From assembly GCA_021851715.1 (NCBI GenBank), contig JAJZCR010000011.1:2418-66417 (forward strand): a stretch of 64,000 nt of DNA, in the 5' to 3' direction. Positions 50,425 through 58,688 of this stretch are shown here, piece by piece (the stretch's first letter is position 1; every line of letters starts with the position of its first letter). Under the pieces are notes generated by a model, which saw only the letters and a program-made list of their open reading frames with translations, was not told the DNA's origin and searched no databases. Origin of the DNA: Planctomycetota bacterium. GTDB lineage: Bacteria; Planctomycetota; Phycisphaerae; WQYP01. The translations under genes were made by a program, and so were the position numbers.

Positions 50425-51423
50425 TTAAATACATCCATCCCGCGATAGCTGGAAATCCGCCGGTGAATTTTTCCGTTCCCCTTCAACCAGCCCGCGTAAG
50501 GCCAGCAGGCTGAATTGCCACATCACCCATACTTCCACTCCAAAGCCGGCAAAACCAATCAGGCCCGGCACGGGCATTTGAAAATAGCGGATGTACTGCC
50601 AGGTTCCAAGAAAAGGCAGATGATAGGTCCATTTGGCGATGGCCCAGTAATTCCAAAATTCCCACAACAACCCGCACAACAGGCCGCCGAGCATCAAGGA
50701 AAAAGTGCGCCCCCATCGCCCCTGCCGCCAGTCGCCGATAATGCTGGGTCGTCCACACCAGAAGTTGATGGGATCCAGCAGAAAAATAGCGCTGACCCAG
50801 ATGGCCAGGTTGGCAATGGCACTGTGAAAAACAAACGGCCATAAAAAAAGAGCGGCCCCCAAAATGAACGTCGCAATCTGCACCGGCCGTCCAATGCGTA
50901 CCCCCCCGCTTTGCATGCGGGCCAGCCCCATGCGCATGAGAACTTCCGCGGTCAGAAATATGCCGGGGGCAATCGCTGCAAAAGCCAGCAAGTAGCCAAC
51001 TCCGCGATCCCACGGATTGGCGGGCATGCCCTGATAGTTCCACGCGTGCAGGCCCGTTGCCGGATCGCGCATAAAATAAAAGTTCAGCCAGTCAAAGTAA
51101 CACCACGCTGGAACGGACCACAGCCAGCAGACCCAAAAGCGGTTTGCAAACCGCCGCAGCCACGAATCGCCGTCGCTTCGAGCCAGCAGCCCCAGCAGCA
51201 CCATCAGGTACGCGCTCCACGCCCACGGAGTGATATGAATGCGCACCTGCGTGCCAATCCATGCGGCTGGACCGGCTGGCAGCAGACCACCGGCGGACGC
51301 AAATAAAATGACCTCCAAAAGCCCGATCAGCACCAGGCCGGCGAAAAGCAAACCGAGTCCGGGGCAGCCTGTGGGACGGCGCTTAAACCGGCCGGCAAGC
51401 AGGATAGGTGATGAATCCGTCAT
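50425..51423 (-). CDS. Conserved hypothetical integral membrane protein
   Basis: Many TM segments with W.Y, LDPIN, GLLWEFWNYWA..KW.Y and F.MP..G motifs. Confidence 0.65.
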   Translation of the reverse strand: MTDSSPILLAGRFKRRPTGCPGLGLLFAGLVLIGLLEVILFASAGGLLPAGPAAWIGTQVRIHITPWAWSAYLMVLLGLLARSDGDSWLRRFANRFWVCWLWSVPAWCYFDWLNFYFMRDPATGLHAWNYQGMPANPWDRGVGYLLAFAAIAPGIFLTAEVLMRMGLARMQSGGVRIGRPVQIATFILGAALFLWPFVFHSAIANLAIWVSAIFLLDPINFWCGRPSIIGDWRQGRWGRTFSLMLGGLLCGLLWEFWNYWAIAKWTYHLPFLGTWQYIRYFQMPVPGLIGFAGFGVEVWVMWQFSLLALRGLVEGERKNSPADFQLSRDGCI

Positions 51424-51521
51424 ACTGGGGATTATACGCGCCGGATCGTGATTCCGGCAGTTGCTCATCGCGTGACTGCGATATTGGCCGGGGCTCCCGG
51501 CCGCATCTGTTCCACCGGGCG

Positions 51522-52286
51522 CTATGTCGCTTGTTTTCTTCCCGCGTCTGCCGGATCGTGGATGTATTTGTAAATATGGACGCCCTCCATGGTAATCATG
51601 CCTTCCTGCACCATGTTGTCCAGTGTGGGCAGAAAATTTTTAATTTTTTCCCGGGAATCAACTATTTCAATGACGATCGGCAAATCCGTGGACAGCACCA
51701 GCACCTTGTTAGTGTGCAGCACGCTGTTGGCTCCAAAGCCCATGGAGCCTTTCAGCACGGTTCCGCCTGCGATCCCGGCAGCCCGGGCCTTGTGAATAAT
51801 AGCCTCAAAAAGCGGTTTATGGTCCCATTCATCCGCTTCGCCGATGAATATGCGCAGCAGAACACCATCGTGATCAATTCGCATCAGGGCATCTCCAGTT
51901 AAATCCGCAATAGTGCTAAGAGGTTCCACGGTGGGCGGCAGTTGGCTCTGGTGAGTCGAGCCTCTTTTTCGATACATCATCACCGCGGCGCGCTCCAGCG
52001 TGACCATCCCGATTGGCATTGGTTTGGCGATTGCAGTTTGGATAAACTCGACGATTCGCCCCGCGTCATCAACCATCTCCACGATTACCGGCGAAGCGCT
52101 GGTAAGATGATAATCTGACGACGTAAGCAGCCCGCGCTGGCTAAAGCCCATGATGCCGCGCAGCACGGTGGCACCGGCGATTTTATGCCGGCTGGCCGCC
52201 TGCACCAGGCGCTCGTAAGTCGGGCTGAAATGGTACAGGTCATTGCTGCGAAAATACGCCCGAAACAGTATCTTTTCACCAACCAC
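51522..52286 (-). CDS. Tandem DUF190 (PII-like, CrcB-associated) protein
   Basis: Two repeats: GATVLRGIMGF..PVIVEMVD..GMVTLE and GGTVLKGSMGFG..LPIVIEIVD..GMITME. GTG start with a GAGGA RBS directly after crcB. Confidence 0.88.
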   Translation of the reverse strand: MVGEKILFRAYFRSNDLYHFSPTYERLVQAASRHKIAGATVLRGIMGFSQRGLLTSSDYHLTSASPVIVEMVDDAGRIVEFIQTAIAKPMPIGMVTLERAAVMMYRKRGSTHQSQLPPTVEPLSTIADLTGDALMRIDHDGVLLRIFIGEADEWDHKPLFEAIIHKARAAGIAGGTVLKGSMGFGANSVLHTNKVLVLSTDLPIVIEIVDSREKIKNFLPTLDNMVQEGMITMEGVHIYKYIHDPADAGRKQAT

Positions 52287-52302
52287 TTGCCAAAATCCTC
52301 AT

Positions 52303-52686
52303 TTAGCCATTCATGCGATGTCCCAAAATAACGCCGGCCCGCACCGCCAACAACCCCAACAGCAAACTGCCCAGAAGATAAAACATCGCCCGCAAGCCGG
52401 CACCATCCGAGAGCATGCTGTTGGATTCAAACATATACGTGGAAAATGTGGTATAGGCACCGGTAAAGCCAACAGCGATGGCGAGTCGAAAATCCTGGGA
52501 TATGGGCAACCGGTTACCGGCCACGGTGGCAAACCAGCCGAGAAACAGGCTGCCGCTGAGGTTAATGAGCATGGTTCCCACCGGAAATGGCGAACCGGTG
52601 AACAGGCGGGCGACGAAAAACCGAGCCATGGATCCAAACAGACCGCCCACGCCAACCGCCATATATTCGAATAAAACTTTTTTCAA
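52303..52686 (-). CDS. crcB: Fluoride channel Fluc/CrcB
   Basis: GGLFGSMARF, FPVGTMLINLSGS and GFTGAYTTFSTY motifs. A TTG start with a GGAG RBS gives 127 aa. Confidence 0.95.
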   Translation of the reverse strand: MKKVLFEYMAVGVGGLFGSMARFFVARLFTGSPFPVGTMLINLSGSLFLGWFATVAGNRLPISQDFRLAIAVGFTGAYTTFSTYMFESNSMLSDGAGLRAMFYLLGSLLLGLLAVRAGVILGHRMNG

Positions 52687-52781
52687 GACGCCGCTCCAGA
52701 GTTGGCCCACGAAACACAAAAACCCCGGCTGATAATTCATCCGCCGGGGTTGGTTGTCAAAACACTCCGGCAGCGTTACCC

Positions 52782-52845
52782 GCCAGGAGTCATCAGCCTC
52801 CACGGTCATAGGCCGGGGGCGGTTCAGGTGAACTCCATCACCTTC
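52782..52845 (-). ncRNA. Fluoride riboswitch 1 (crcB motif), leading crcB-DUF190
   Basis: The minus strand reads GGTGATGGAGTTCACC-TGAACCGCC...GGCTGATGACTCCTG. P1 is GGTGA/TCACC and the pseudoknot is GGAGT/ACTCC. A terminator-like hairpin and TGTTTT follow. Confidence 0.95.
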
Positions 52846-52859
52846 GATGCGATAAGCAA

Positions 52860-52889
52860 AGTCTAATGGAAGGACGATGAAGTTGTCAA
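52860..52889 (-). promoter_or_regulatory. Sigma70-like promoter TTGACA-N18-TAGACT driving riboswitch 1 and crcB
   Basis: On the minus strand, TTGACA is at 52889-52884 and TAGACT at 52865-52860, just upstream of the aptamer. Confidence 0.7.
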
Positions 52890-52942
52890 ACCAACCCTGC
52901 GGTGGCATCTTACCAGTTCAGCAGCGGGCCATCATCCGCAAA

Positions 52943-52984
52943 AAACACACTTGACTTTTAGCCGTCTATGTGTAAAGTGTGTTT
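52943..52984 (+). promoter_or_regulatory. Promoter (TTGACT-N16-TAAAGT) bracketed by a perfect 10-bp inverted repeat
   Basis: AAACACACTT (52943-52952) and AAGTGTGTTT (52975-52984) overlap the -35 and -10 upstream of the AAA gene. Confidence 0.6.
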
Positions 52985-52987
52985 ACT

Positions 52988-54121
52988 ATGATCGCCCGAC
53001 CACTATGGAATCAAAGGCTCTTCGCCGGCTGGCAAAAGGCGTCCATCATCTGGCTGACCGGACCGCGCCGGGTCGGCAAAACCGTGCTGGCGCAAAGTCT
53101 GTCCGGTGCGGAATTCCTGAACTGCGATCTGCCCGCCGTGGCCGAGCGTCTACGCGATCCGGAAATGTTTTATCGGACTTCCCAGTGCGATCTGGTAATC
53201 TTCGACGAGGTACATCAACTGCCGGATCCGAGCCGGTTGCTCAAAATCGGTGCCGACGAATTTCCCAAACTGAAAATTCTGGCTACCGGCTCGTCAACCC
53301 TGGCGGCTACGCGCAAGTTTCGCGACTCCCTGACTGGTCGCAAACGCGTGGTCAATCTGGTGCCGGTGCTTTATGAGGAGCTGTCAGCTTTTGGCGTGGT
53401 GGACGTGCGAAAGCGTCTGTTATACGGCGGATTGCCGGCCGCCTTGCTGGCGGCGGATTACGATGCCGGTTTCTACGCCGAATGGATGGATTCCTATTTT
53501 GCACGCGATGTTCAGGAACTTTTCCACTTGGAAAAGCGCTGGGCATTCCTGCGCGTGCTGGAACTTTTATTCCGCCAGAGCGGCGGGCTGCTGGATGTAA
53601 GCAAACTCGCCGCGGAAGCTCAGGTCAGCCGGCCCACGGTTGCCAATTGGCTAGATATCTACCAGACCACGCACGCGATCCATCTCATCCGGCCATTTTC
53701 CGCCGGCGGACGGCGCGAAATTATCGCCCAGCCCAAAATTTTCGGCTTCGACACCGGAATGGTATGCCATGCCCGTGGTTGGGACTCGCTGCGGCCGGAG
53801 GATTGCGGCTTGCTTTGGGAGCATCTGGTACTCGACACGTTGCTCGCCGCGGGTCTGCCGAAGATACATTTCTGGCGGGATAAAGCGGGGCGTGAGGTGG
53901 ATTTTATCATTCCACGCGGACGCGGGGCCGTCGACGCCATTGAATGCAAAATGAACCCCGCGGCCTTCGAGGTTCGCGGGCTCGAAGCGCTACGCCGTGT
54001 GTATCCCAGTGGCGATAACTACGTCGTGTGTCCGTTGGCCGGATCCGGTTATCAGCGAGTCCAGGATGGATACAAACTGACATTTCTATCCCCGACGGAA
54101 CTGCGGCCTGTGCTGGAATAA
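52988..54121 (+). CDS. AAA_14 ATPase with a DUF4143 (HTH plus PD-(D/E)XK-like) domain
   Basis: GPRRVGKT, VIFDEVH, ATGSS, SLTGR, YGGLP, HTH VSRPTVANWL and EVDFII..AIECK. Confidence 0.88.
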   Translation: MIARPLWNQRLFAGWQKASIIWLTGPRRVGKTVLAQSLSGAEFLNCDLPAVAERLRDPEMFYRTSQCDLVIFDEVHQLPDPSRLLKIGADEFPKLKILATGSSTLAATRKFRDSLTGRKRVVNLVPVLYEELSAFGVVDVRKRLLYGGLPAALLAADYDAGFYAEWMDSYFARDVQELFHLEKRWAFLRVLELLFRQSGGLLDVSKLAAEAQVSRPTVANWLDIYQTTHAIHLIRPFSAGGRREIIAQPKIFGFDTGMVCHARGWDSLRPEDCGLLWEHLVLDTLLAAGLPKIHFWRDKAGREVDFIIPRGRGAVDAIECKMNPAAFEVRGLEALRRVYPSGDNYVVCPLAGSGYQRVQDGYKLTFLSPTELRPVLE

Positions 54122-54308
54122 AGCAGGCACTGGCTGCCTTCTTGAATGTTATGGAAGCAACCGGGCACGATATTGACGAGATCATTAACGAGCCGGTCGC
54201 CGGATTTCGGGTGCTCCATTTTTACAAGCTCAATCGCTTTGTGAATCATTATTTACAGGCCAAAGAGCGGGAAGCTAGCGCTCGCCAGGAAATGGAGCAT
54301 TGGATTGT

Positions 54309-55820
54309 TCATCCGTGAGCCGGGTCAAAAATCTGGTGATACAGGTCGTTGGCGAAGCTGGTGGCCAGCGGCTCGCCGGGGTGCATTTCGAAAGTTCGAG
54401 TGCCGTCATCTTGGCGCTTGGCCCGCAAGAACAGGGCGGTATCGTGGTAGTGTTGTTGCGCGGCGTGGGCGAATTGGTACAAATGGGTTACAAACCAGAC
54501 CCGCACGCCGGCTTCCAGCAGCGCCTGGATAACCTGGTCGGCTATTTGGGAACCCTCAATTTCATTGGTAGCCGAAAATGACTCATTGAGCAGAAGGATG
54601 GCCGCCGGAGTCAGGCCGTCGACGATATCACTTAATCGAGAGAGTTCTTCATCAAACTTCCCGCGCTTCATGGTGCGGTCTTCCTGGCGTTTGTAATGGG
54701 TGAAAATAGCCGGGGCCACATCGGCCTCAAAGTGCGAGGCCGGCACAAACAGGCCGGCTTGCATCATCACCTGCGCCGCCCCCATGGCTCGTAAAAAGGT
54801 GGATTTGCCGCCCTGATTAGCGCCGGTAATAACGATCATGTTTTTATTATTCGCATTGATGCTGTTGGGCCGGACCTCGCTGCCGATCCGCAGTGCCAGG
54901 CCCGCGTCGCGCAGGTCGGTGCATTGGCAACGGCCGGTTCCGGCCGGTGTGGGAATTGGAAAGCACAGCGGCACGCCGCGGTCGGACAGCGCCCGGTGCA
55001 AATTCACACAGCCCCGGTAAAACGCCAACTCGGTGCGCAAGATTGTAAGAAAGCTCATCATGTGATCGGCGGATTGGGCCAGGGCATTGGCGGCCGTATT
55101 GAGTCCGCGGTTGGTCAATTCGGAAAGGGCTTGATGGCCCGCTTCATCCCGCGGATCCAGGCGAAACGCATAGCGGGCCGGACCACGGGTAAAAAGGCGC
55201 TGAAAAAAATTGCCGGGCTGGTTATTCGTGCGGCGCAGAGTGTAGTTGTGGCCTTCATTACGGGCACCAAGCTGAGCACTGATCACTGTGCCATCGTGAA
55301 ATTTCAGTTGTCCAAGGTCATGGCGCACCTGGTTGAAATAATCCGGGGTTAACTCATGGTTGATGCGTGTGAAGAGGGCTTGGAATCCGTCCGATTCGAA
55401 TTGGGGCTGATGCGCCCGCACCAGTTGCTTGAGTTCGGCAAAAATATCCAGCAGCATATTGAGCAGGTCCACAGCCTCGTACAAAATGCCGGAAGGGGAC
55501 CGGCTGAAAAGGCCCAACCATTGGCGCTGCCGGCGCTCGCCGGCCTCGAGGGCCAGCTTGGCCAATCGCTCGATCAGCGGCACGTTTGTCAGGCAGTCGC
55601 GCAGCACGGCCTGCCGATAAAGAACCGTATCGACATCATTTTGAACGCCGCCGGCAAACACGCGTTGGACCACCGTGGCTATCAGTTCATCCTGGCCGGC
55701 CATGGCGGCGGCCACCGTTGGCAGTTCCAGGTCGGCGAATAGTGTTGGCATGCGAATTGCCGAAGAGGGATGCGTGTCGAAAACAAAATCGCGATTGGGG
55801 TGCAGCAGATAGACCTTCAT
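54309..55820 (-). CDS. MutS-related ATPase B (domain V only, MutS4-like)
   Basis: YRQAVLRD, ITGANQGGKSTFLR, MMQAGLFVPA, IFTH, LLLNESFSATN and FVTH; no mismatch-binding domain. Confidence 0.88.
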   Translation of the reverse strand: MKVYLLHPNRDFVFDTHPSSAIRMPTLFADLELPTVAAAMAGQDELIATVVQRVFAGGVQNDVDTVLYRQAVLRDCLTNVPLIERLAKLALEAGERRQRQWLGLFSRSPSGILYEAVDLLNMLLDIFAELKQLVRAHQPQFESDGFQALFTRINHELTPDYFNQVRHDLGQLKFHDGTVISAQLGARNEGHNYTLRRTNNQPGNFFQRLFTRGPARYAFRLDPRDEAGHQALSELTNRGLNTAANALAQSADHMMSFLTILRTELAFYRGCVNLHRALSDRGVPLCFPIPTPAGTGRCQCTDLRDAGLALRIGSEVRPNSINANNKNMIVITGANQGGKSTFLRAMGAAQVMMQAGLFVPASHFEADVAPAIFTHYKRQEDRTMKRGKFDEELSRLSDIVDGLTPAAILLLNESFSATNEIEGSQIADQVIQALLEAGVRVWFVTHLYQFAHAAQQHYHDTALFLRAKRQDDGTRTFEMHPGEPLATSFANDLYHQIFDPAHG

Positions 55821-57373
55821 GGCGTGAGCCTCCGCTTGATTTGCGCATAGGTGAGATGATGTTGCTGCGCGACGGCCAGCGCATACGCGTTGCCGTCGGC
55901 GGGGTGCCTTTCCAGGCGGAACGTGCGCTGGGTCGGGTCAGCCGGGGCAACTCCGGCGACCACGCTGACGGTGTGGTCGTTGAGACGCGAAAGCTCATCA
56001 AGGAAGGTCACGCAGACGCAAAGCGTCTGAAGTTCCGCGAGTTTTGCAATCATTCGTGTGGCCAGGTATAGCCCGTCCCGGGCGCTGGTGGAGGAAAATA
56101 TCTCGTTGAGGATCACCATGCTGTGCCCGGTGGCATGGCGGACAATATCGCGCAGACGCAGCAGATCATCCTGCAGCTTGCCGCGAAGATCCGCAAAATT
56201 TTCCGGCCGCTCAAAATGGGTGAAAATTCCGTCGACTAAACCAAGCTTGGCTTCCACGGCTGGAACGGTGCAGCCCAGGCTGGCCAGGTAATGCAGTTGG
56301 CCGAGCATCCGGGCGAAGGTGGTTTTGCCGCCCTGATTGGGTCCGGAAACCACGATAATTCGCTCTGGATCATTGAGCGTGAGATCATTGCAAACCGGTG
56401 CCGCACCGGAAGGCAGCAAGTGGGTCGCCAGGGCCAGGTCGAAGCCTTCGCGCACCGCCAGCGATTTGGCATTTACCAGAATTTGCGGATAACAGAACCT
56501 CAGACCAGTTTGCGCCACGCGGCCGGTGAATTCGACCCAAGCCATGAAAAACTGAATTTCACGTTCACATTGCACCACGATGTCGGCGGGAAAATCAGGG
56601 TACTTGGCGCAAAAGGTCTCCAAGTCGGCGAACAGATCGGGGTGCAGCCGGGCCACGAGAGCCAGAATTCGCACCTCCACGTGGTTCATGGAGTCGCCCG
56701 GGGCCAGGGCTGCCGTGTAGTCGCGGACGGTGCCCTGCTGAAACCGGGCGAAGGTGTGCTGGACTTCCTGGCCGAAGTCCGCTTCACCGGCATAGCGGCT
56801 CACGGTAACCAGGTCCTCCTGAATACGTATGCAGTAGATAATGGCCCGTAGACGTGATTGAATATTTTCCGCCATTGCGGTCAGGGTTTGAAAGTTCTCT
56901 GATTGCACGTACTCTCCGAGCCGGGTACGAAAATCCCGCAGCCCCCGGGACTCAAGCGGCATGGGTCCAAGAGCATGGTGCAAGGCGGCGACGGCCCGGC
57001 TGTAAACCGTCGCGGCCTCAAGAATATAGCCGTGCTTGTGGATCGCGAAATGGATGGTTTCGGCTGTGGCAAGATGCCGCCGCATCCTGGCCATCTGACC
57101 GGAAAAGGCCCGAAACGCCGCCAGCGTGGGGCCCGCCTGGACATCGCGCATGATTTCCTGACGGTAAGCGATTTCCTCGGCGGTTTTCAGAGGTTGATAA
57201 AATAGCTCGGCAAGATGATATTCATCCCGTCCGGCCAGAGCGGCCGCCACAATTTCATCGAGATGCAGGTCGGCAAAGAACGGCGGCTCCGCGGGCGAAG
57301 GCGCTGCGGCGGCCGCGAAAAAGGTCGCCGGAAAAAGTATGGAATCACCGGATCTGGGCTGGACCGAGTGCAT
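55817..57373 (-). CDS. MutS-related ATPase A (domain V only, MutS4-like)
   Basis: FFADLHLD, YRQEIMRD, VSGPNQGGKTTFAR, LGCTVPA, IFTHF and VILNEIFSST; ATGA overlap with the partner gene. Confidence 0.88.
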   Translation of the reverse strand: MHSVQPRSGDSILFPATFFAAAAAPSPAEPPFFADLHLDEIVAAALAGRDEYHLAELFYQPLKTAEEIAYRQEIMRDVQAGPTLAAFRAFSGQMARMRRHLATAETIHFAIHKHGYILEAATVYSRAVAALHHALGPMPLESRGLRDFRTRLGEYVQSENFQTLTAMAENIQSRLRAIIYCIRIQEDLVTVSRYAGEADFGQEVQHTFARFQQGTVRDYTAALAPGDSMNHVEVRILALVARLHPDLFADLETFCAKYPDFPADIVVQCEREIQFFMAWVEFTGRVAQTGLRFCYPQILVNAKSLAVREGFDLALATHLLPSGAAPVCNDLTLNDPERIIVVSGPNQGGKTTFARMLGQLHYLASLGCTVPAVEAKLGLVDGIFTHFERPENFADLRGKLQDDLLRLRDIVRHATGHSMVILNEIFSSTSARDGLYLATRMIAKLAELQTLCVCVTFLDELSRLNDHTVSVVAGVAPADPTQRTFRLERHPADGNAYALAVAQQHHLTYAQIKRRLTP

Positions 57374-57401
57374 GGCTCACCACCGATTCAATCAACTTTT
57401 C

Positions 57402-57462
57402 GGTAGGAGTCATTAGTGCGGCGTTAATCGTGCCGCACGGTTTCGGCGAACTCCATCGCCCA
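57402..57462 (-). ncRNA. Fluoride riboswitch 2, leading the MutS-like pair
   Basis: The minus strand reads GGCGATGGAGTTCGCC-GAAACC-GTGCGGC(ACGATTAAC)GCCGCAC-TAATGACTCCTACC. It ends about 30 nt before the ATG at 57373. Confidence 0.95.
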
Positions 57463-57480
57463 CCAACACGTATGCAACTG

Positions 57481-57510
57481 ATTGTACGGGGACGCCCCCG
57501 GCAGTGTCAA
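57481..57510 (-). promoter_or_regulatory. Sigma70-like promoter TTGACA-N18-TACAAT driving riboswitch 2
   Basis: On the minus strand, TTGACA is at 57510-57505 and TACAAT at 57486-57481. Confidence 0.75.
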
Positions 57511-57754
57511 GATTCCCAACCCCTGGATTTTACGCGTTTTGCAGCAATCGTTGGCAGCGAACCGTCTTCCAGAGAGCGCCTGGCGGCCAAGGTGGCCCCC
57601 CACCAGTGCCGACCGGCTACGCAGTGCGGGCGGGGACGCCGGCGCTGCCGGGAATCTCCTTCAATATGGGGATTGGGCACGCATTGCGGGGCAGTTGCCA
57701 CAATTTATGGCCACACCCGTTGCCCTCATGCACGGCGCGCTGTAAATGGGCGTG

Positions 57755-57783
57755 TTGAATTTGGCCTGACGCAAGCGTAGCAT
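57755..57783 (+). promoter_or_regulatory. Putative promoter TTGAAT-N17-TAGCAT driving riboswitch 3
   Basis: TTGAAT at 57755-57760 and TAGCAT at 57778-57783, just upstream of the aptamer. Confidence 0.5.
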
Positions 57784-57796
57784 ACAGTAGAGGGAT

Positions 57797-57850
57797 TAAG
57801 GCGATGGAGTTCGCCGGAACCGCTCCGCACCGGGGCTGATGACTCCTGCC
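57797..57850 (+). ncRNA. Fluoride riboswitch 3, leading the metallophosphoesterase
   Basis: GGCGATGGAGTTCGCC-GGAACC-GCTCCG(CAC)CGGGGC-TGATGACTCCTGCC. Confidence 0.95.
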
Positions 57851-57974
57851 ACGTGCGAATGGGCCGATTGGCGGGTATCAGGAAACGGGCCGCGTTTTCC
57901 CCGCATTTTAATTTTGGCCGATAATTTGGCTCAAAGAGGCCAGGGCACGCGGACTTTTTGCAGGAGCGATGCCG

Positions 57975-58688
57975 ATGCGTGTGCTGTTGATTTCTGATCT
58001 TCATGGCAATCCGTGGGCTTTAAGAGCCGTCGCCGCCGACTGCGGCACGTTTGACTACGTGCTGTGCGGCGGAGATGTGGTAAATTACGGGCCGGATCCC
58101 GGAGCGTGCATCACCTGGTTGCGGGGCCACAATGCGATAACCGTGTGCGGCAACCATGATTACGCCGTGGCCCATAACCAGCATCCCCATGCCAATCCGG
58201 CCAAGGCCCAACTGGCGCTGGCCATGCGCGATTGGACGTTGGGGCAGCTAAGCATTGAGGATATCCACTGGTTAAAGCGCCTGCCGCTGCGCCTGACGTG
58301 GGATTGTGGCGGCACTACGTTTGACGTGGTTCACGCGTCGCGGATGGATCCACTCTACGATTACCGTTTGACGCCCGACCTTTCCATCAACAAACTGACG
58401 GAGTATCTGGGCAATGGTCCCCTGGCGGATGTACTGATGGTGGGCCACACACATTTGCCTTACGTACGTCCCTATATCAACAGACAGCTCGTGAATCCCG
58501 GCTCCGTGGGACAACCGCTGGATGGTGATCCCAGGGCGTCTTATGCGGTGTGGAAGGATGGCACGATTTCCCTGCGGCGCGTTGAATATCCGGTGCAAGA
58601 TGTCGTCGCCGCGTTGGATAAAATAAAGGCTCCCCTCGTACGCAAAGCGGACTTGAAACGCGTTTTGGAAACAGGCAAACTCTTTTAA
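57975..58688 (+). CDS. Calcineurin-like metallophosphoesterase (Metallophos_2 / YfcE-like)
   Basis: DLHGN, GDVVNYGP, GNHD, VH, GHTH and NPGSVGQPLDGDPRASY motifs; GCAGGAG RBS 8 nt before the ATG at 57975. Confidence 0.92.
   Translation: MRVLLISDLHGNPWALRAVAADCGTFDYVLCGGDVVNYGPDPGACITWLRGHNAITVCGNHDYAVAHNQHPHANPAKAQLALAMRDWTLGQLSIEDIHWLKRLPLRLTWDCGGTTFDVVHASRMDPLYDYRLTPDLSINKLTEYLGNGPLADVLMVGHTHLPYVRPYINRQLVNPGSVGQPLDGDPRASYAVWKDGTISLRRVEYPVQDVVAALDKIKAPLVRKADLKRVLETGKLF

Noticed and set aside
52687-52908. ORF-track N-terminal extension of crcB (201 aa)
   Set aside because: It runs through the promoter and riboswitch 1; Fluc proteins are about 125 aa, matching the TTG start at 52686.
54122-54318. 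Small ORF between the AAA gene and MutS-like B
   Set aside because: There is no RBS or recognisable motif; it could be a gene fragment but cannot be supported.
54309-57373. Calling the pair canonical mutS or mutS2
   Set aside because: Both are too short, with no mismatch-binding, connector or Smr domains, and they have an altered Walker B.
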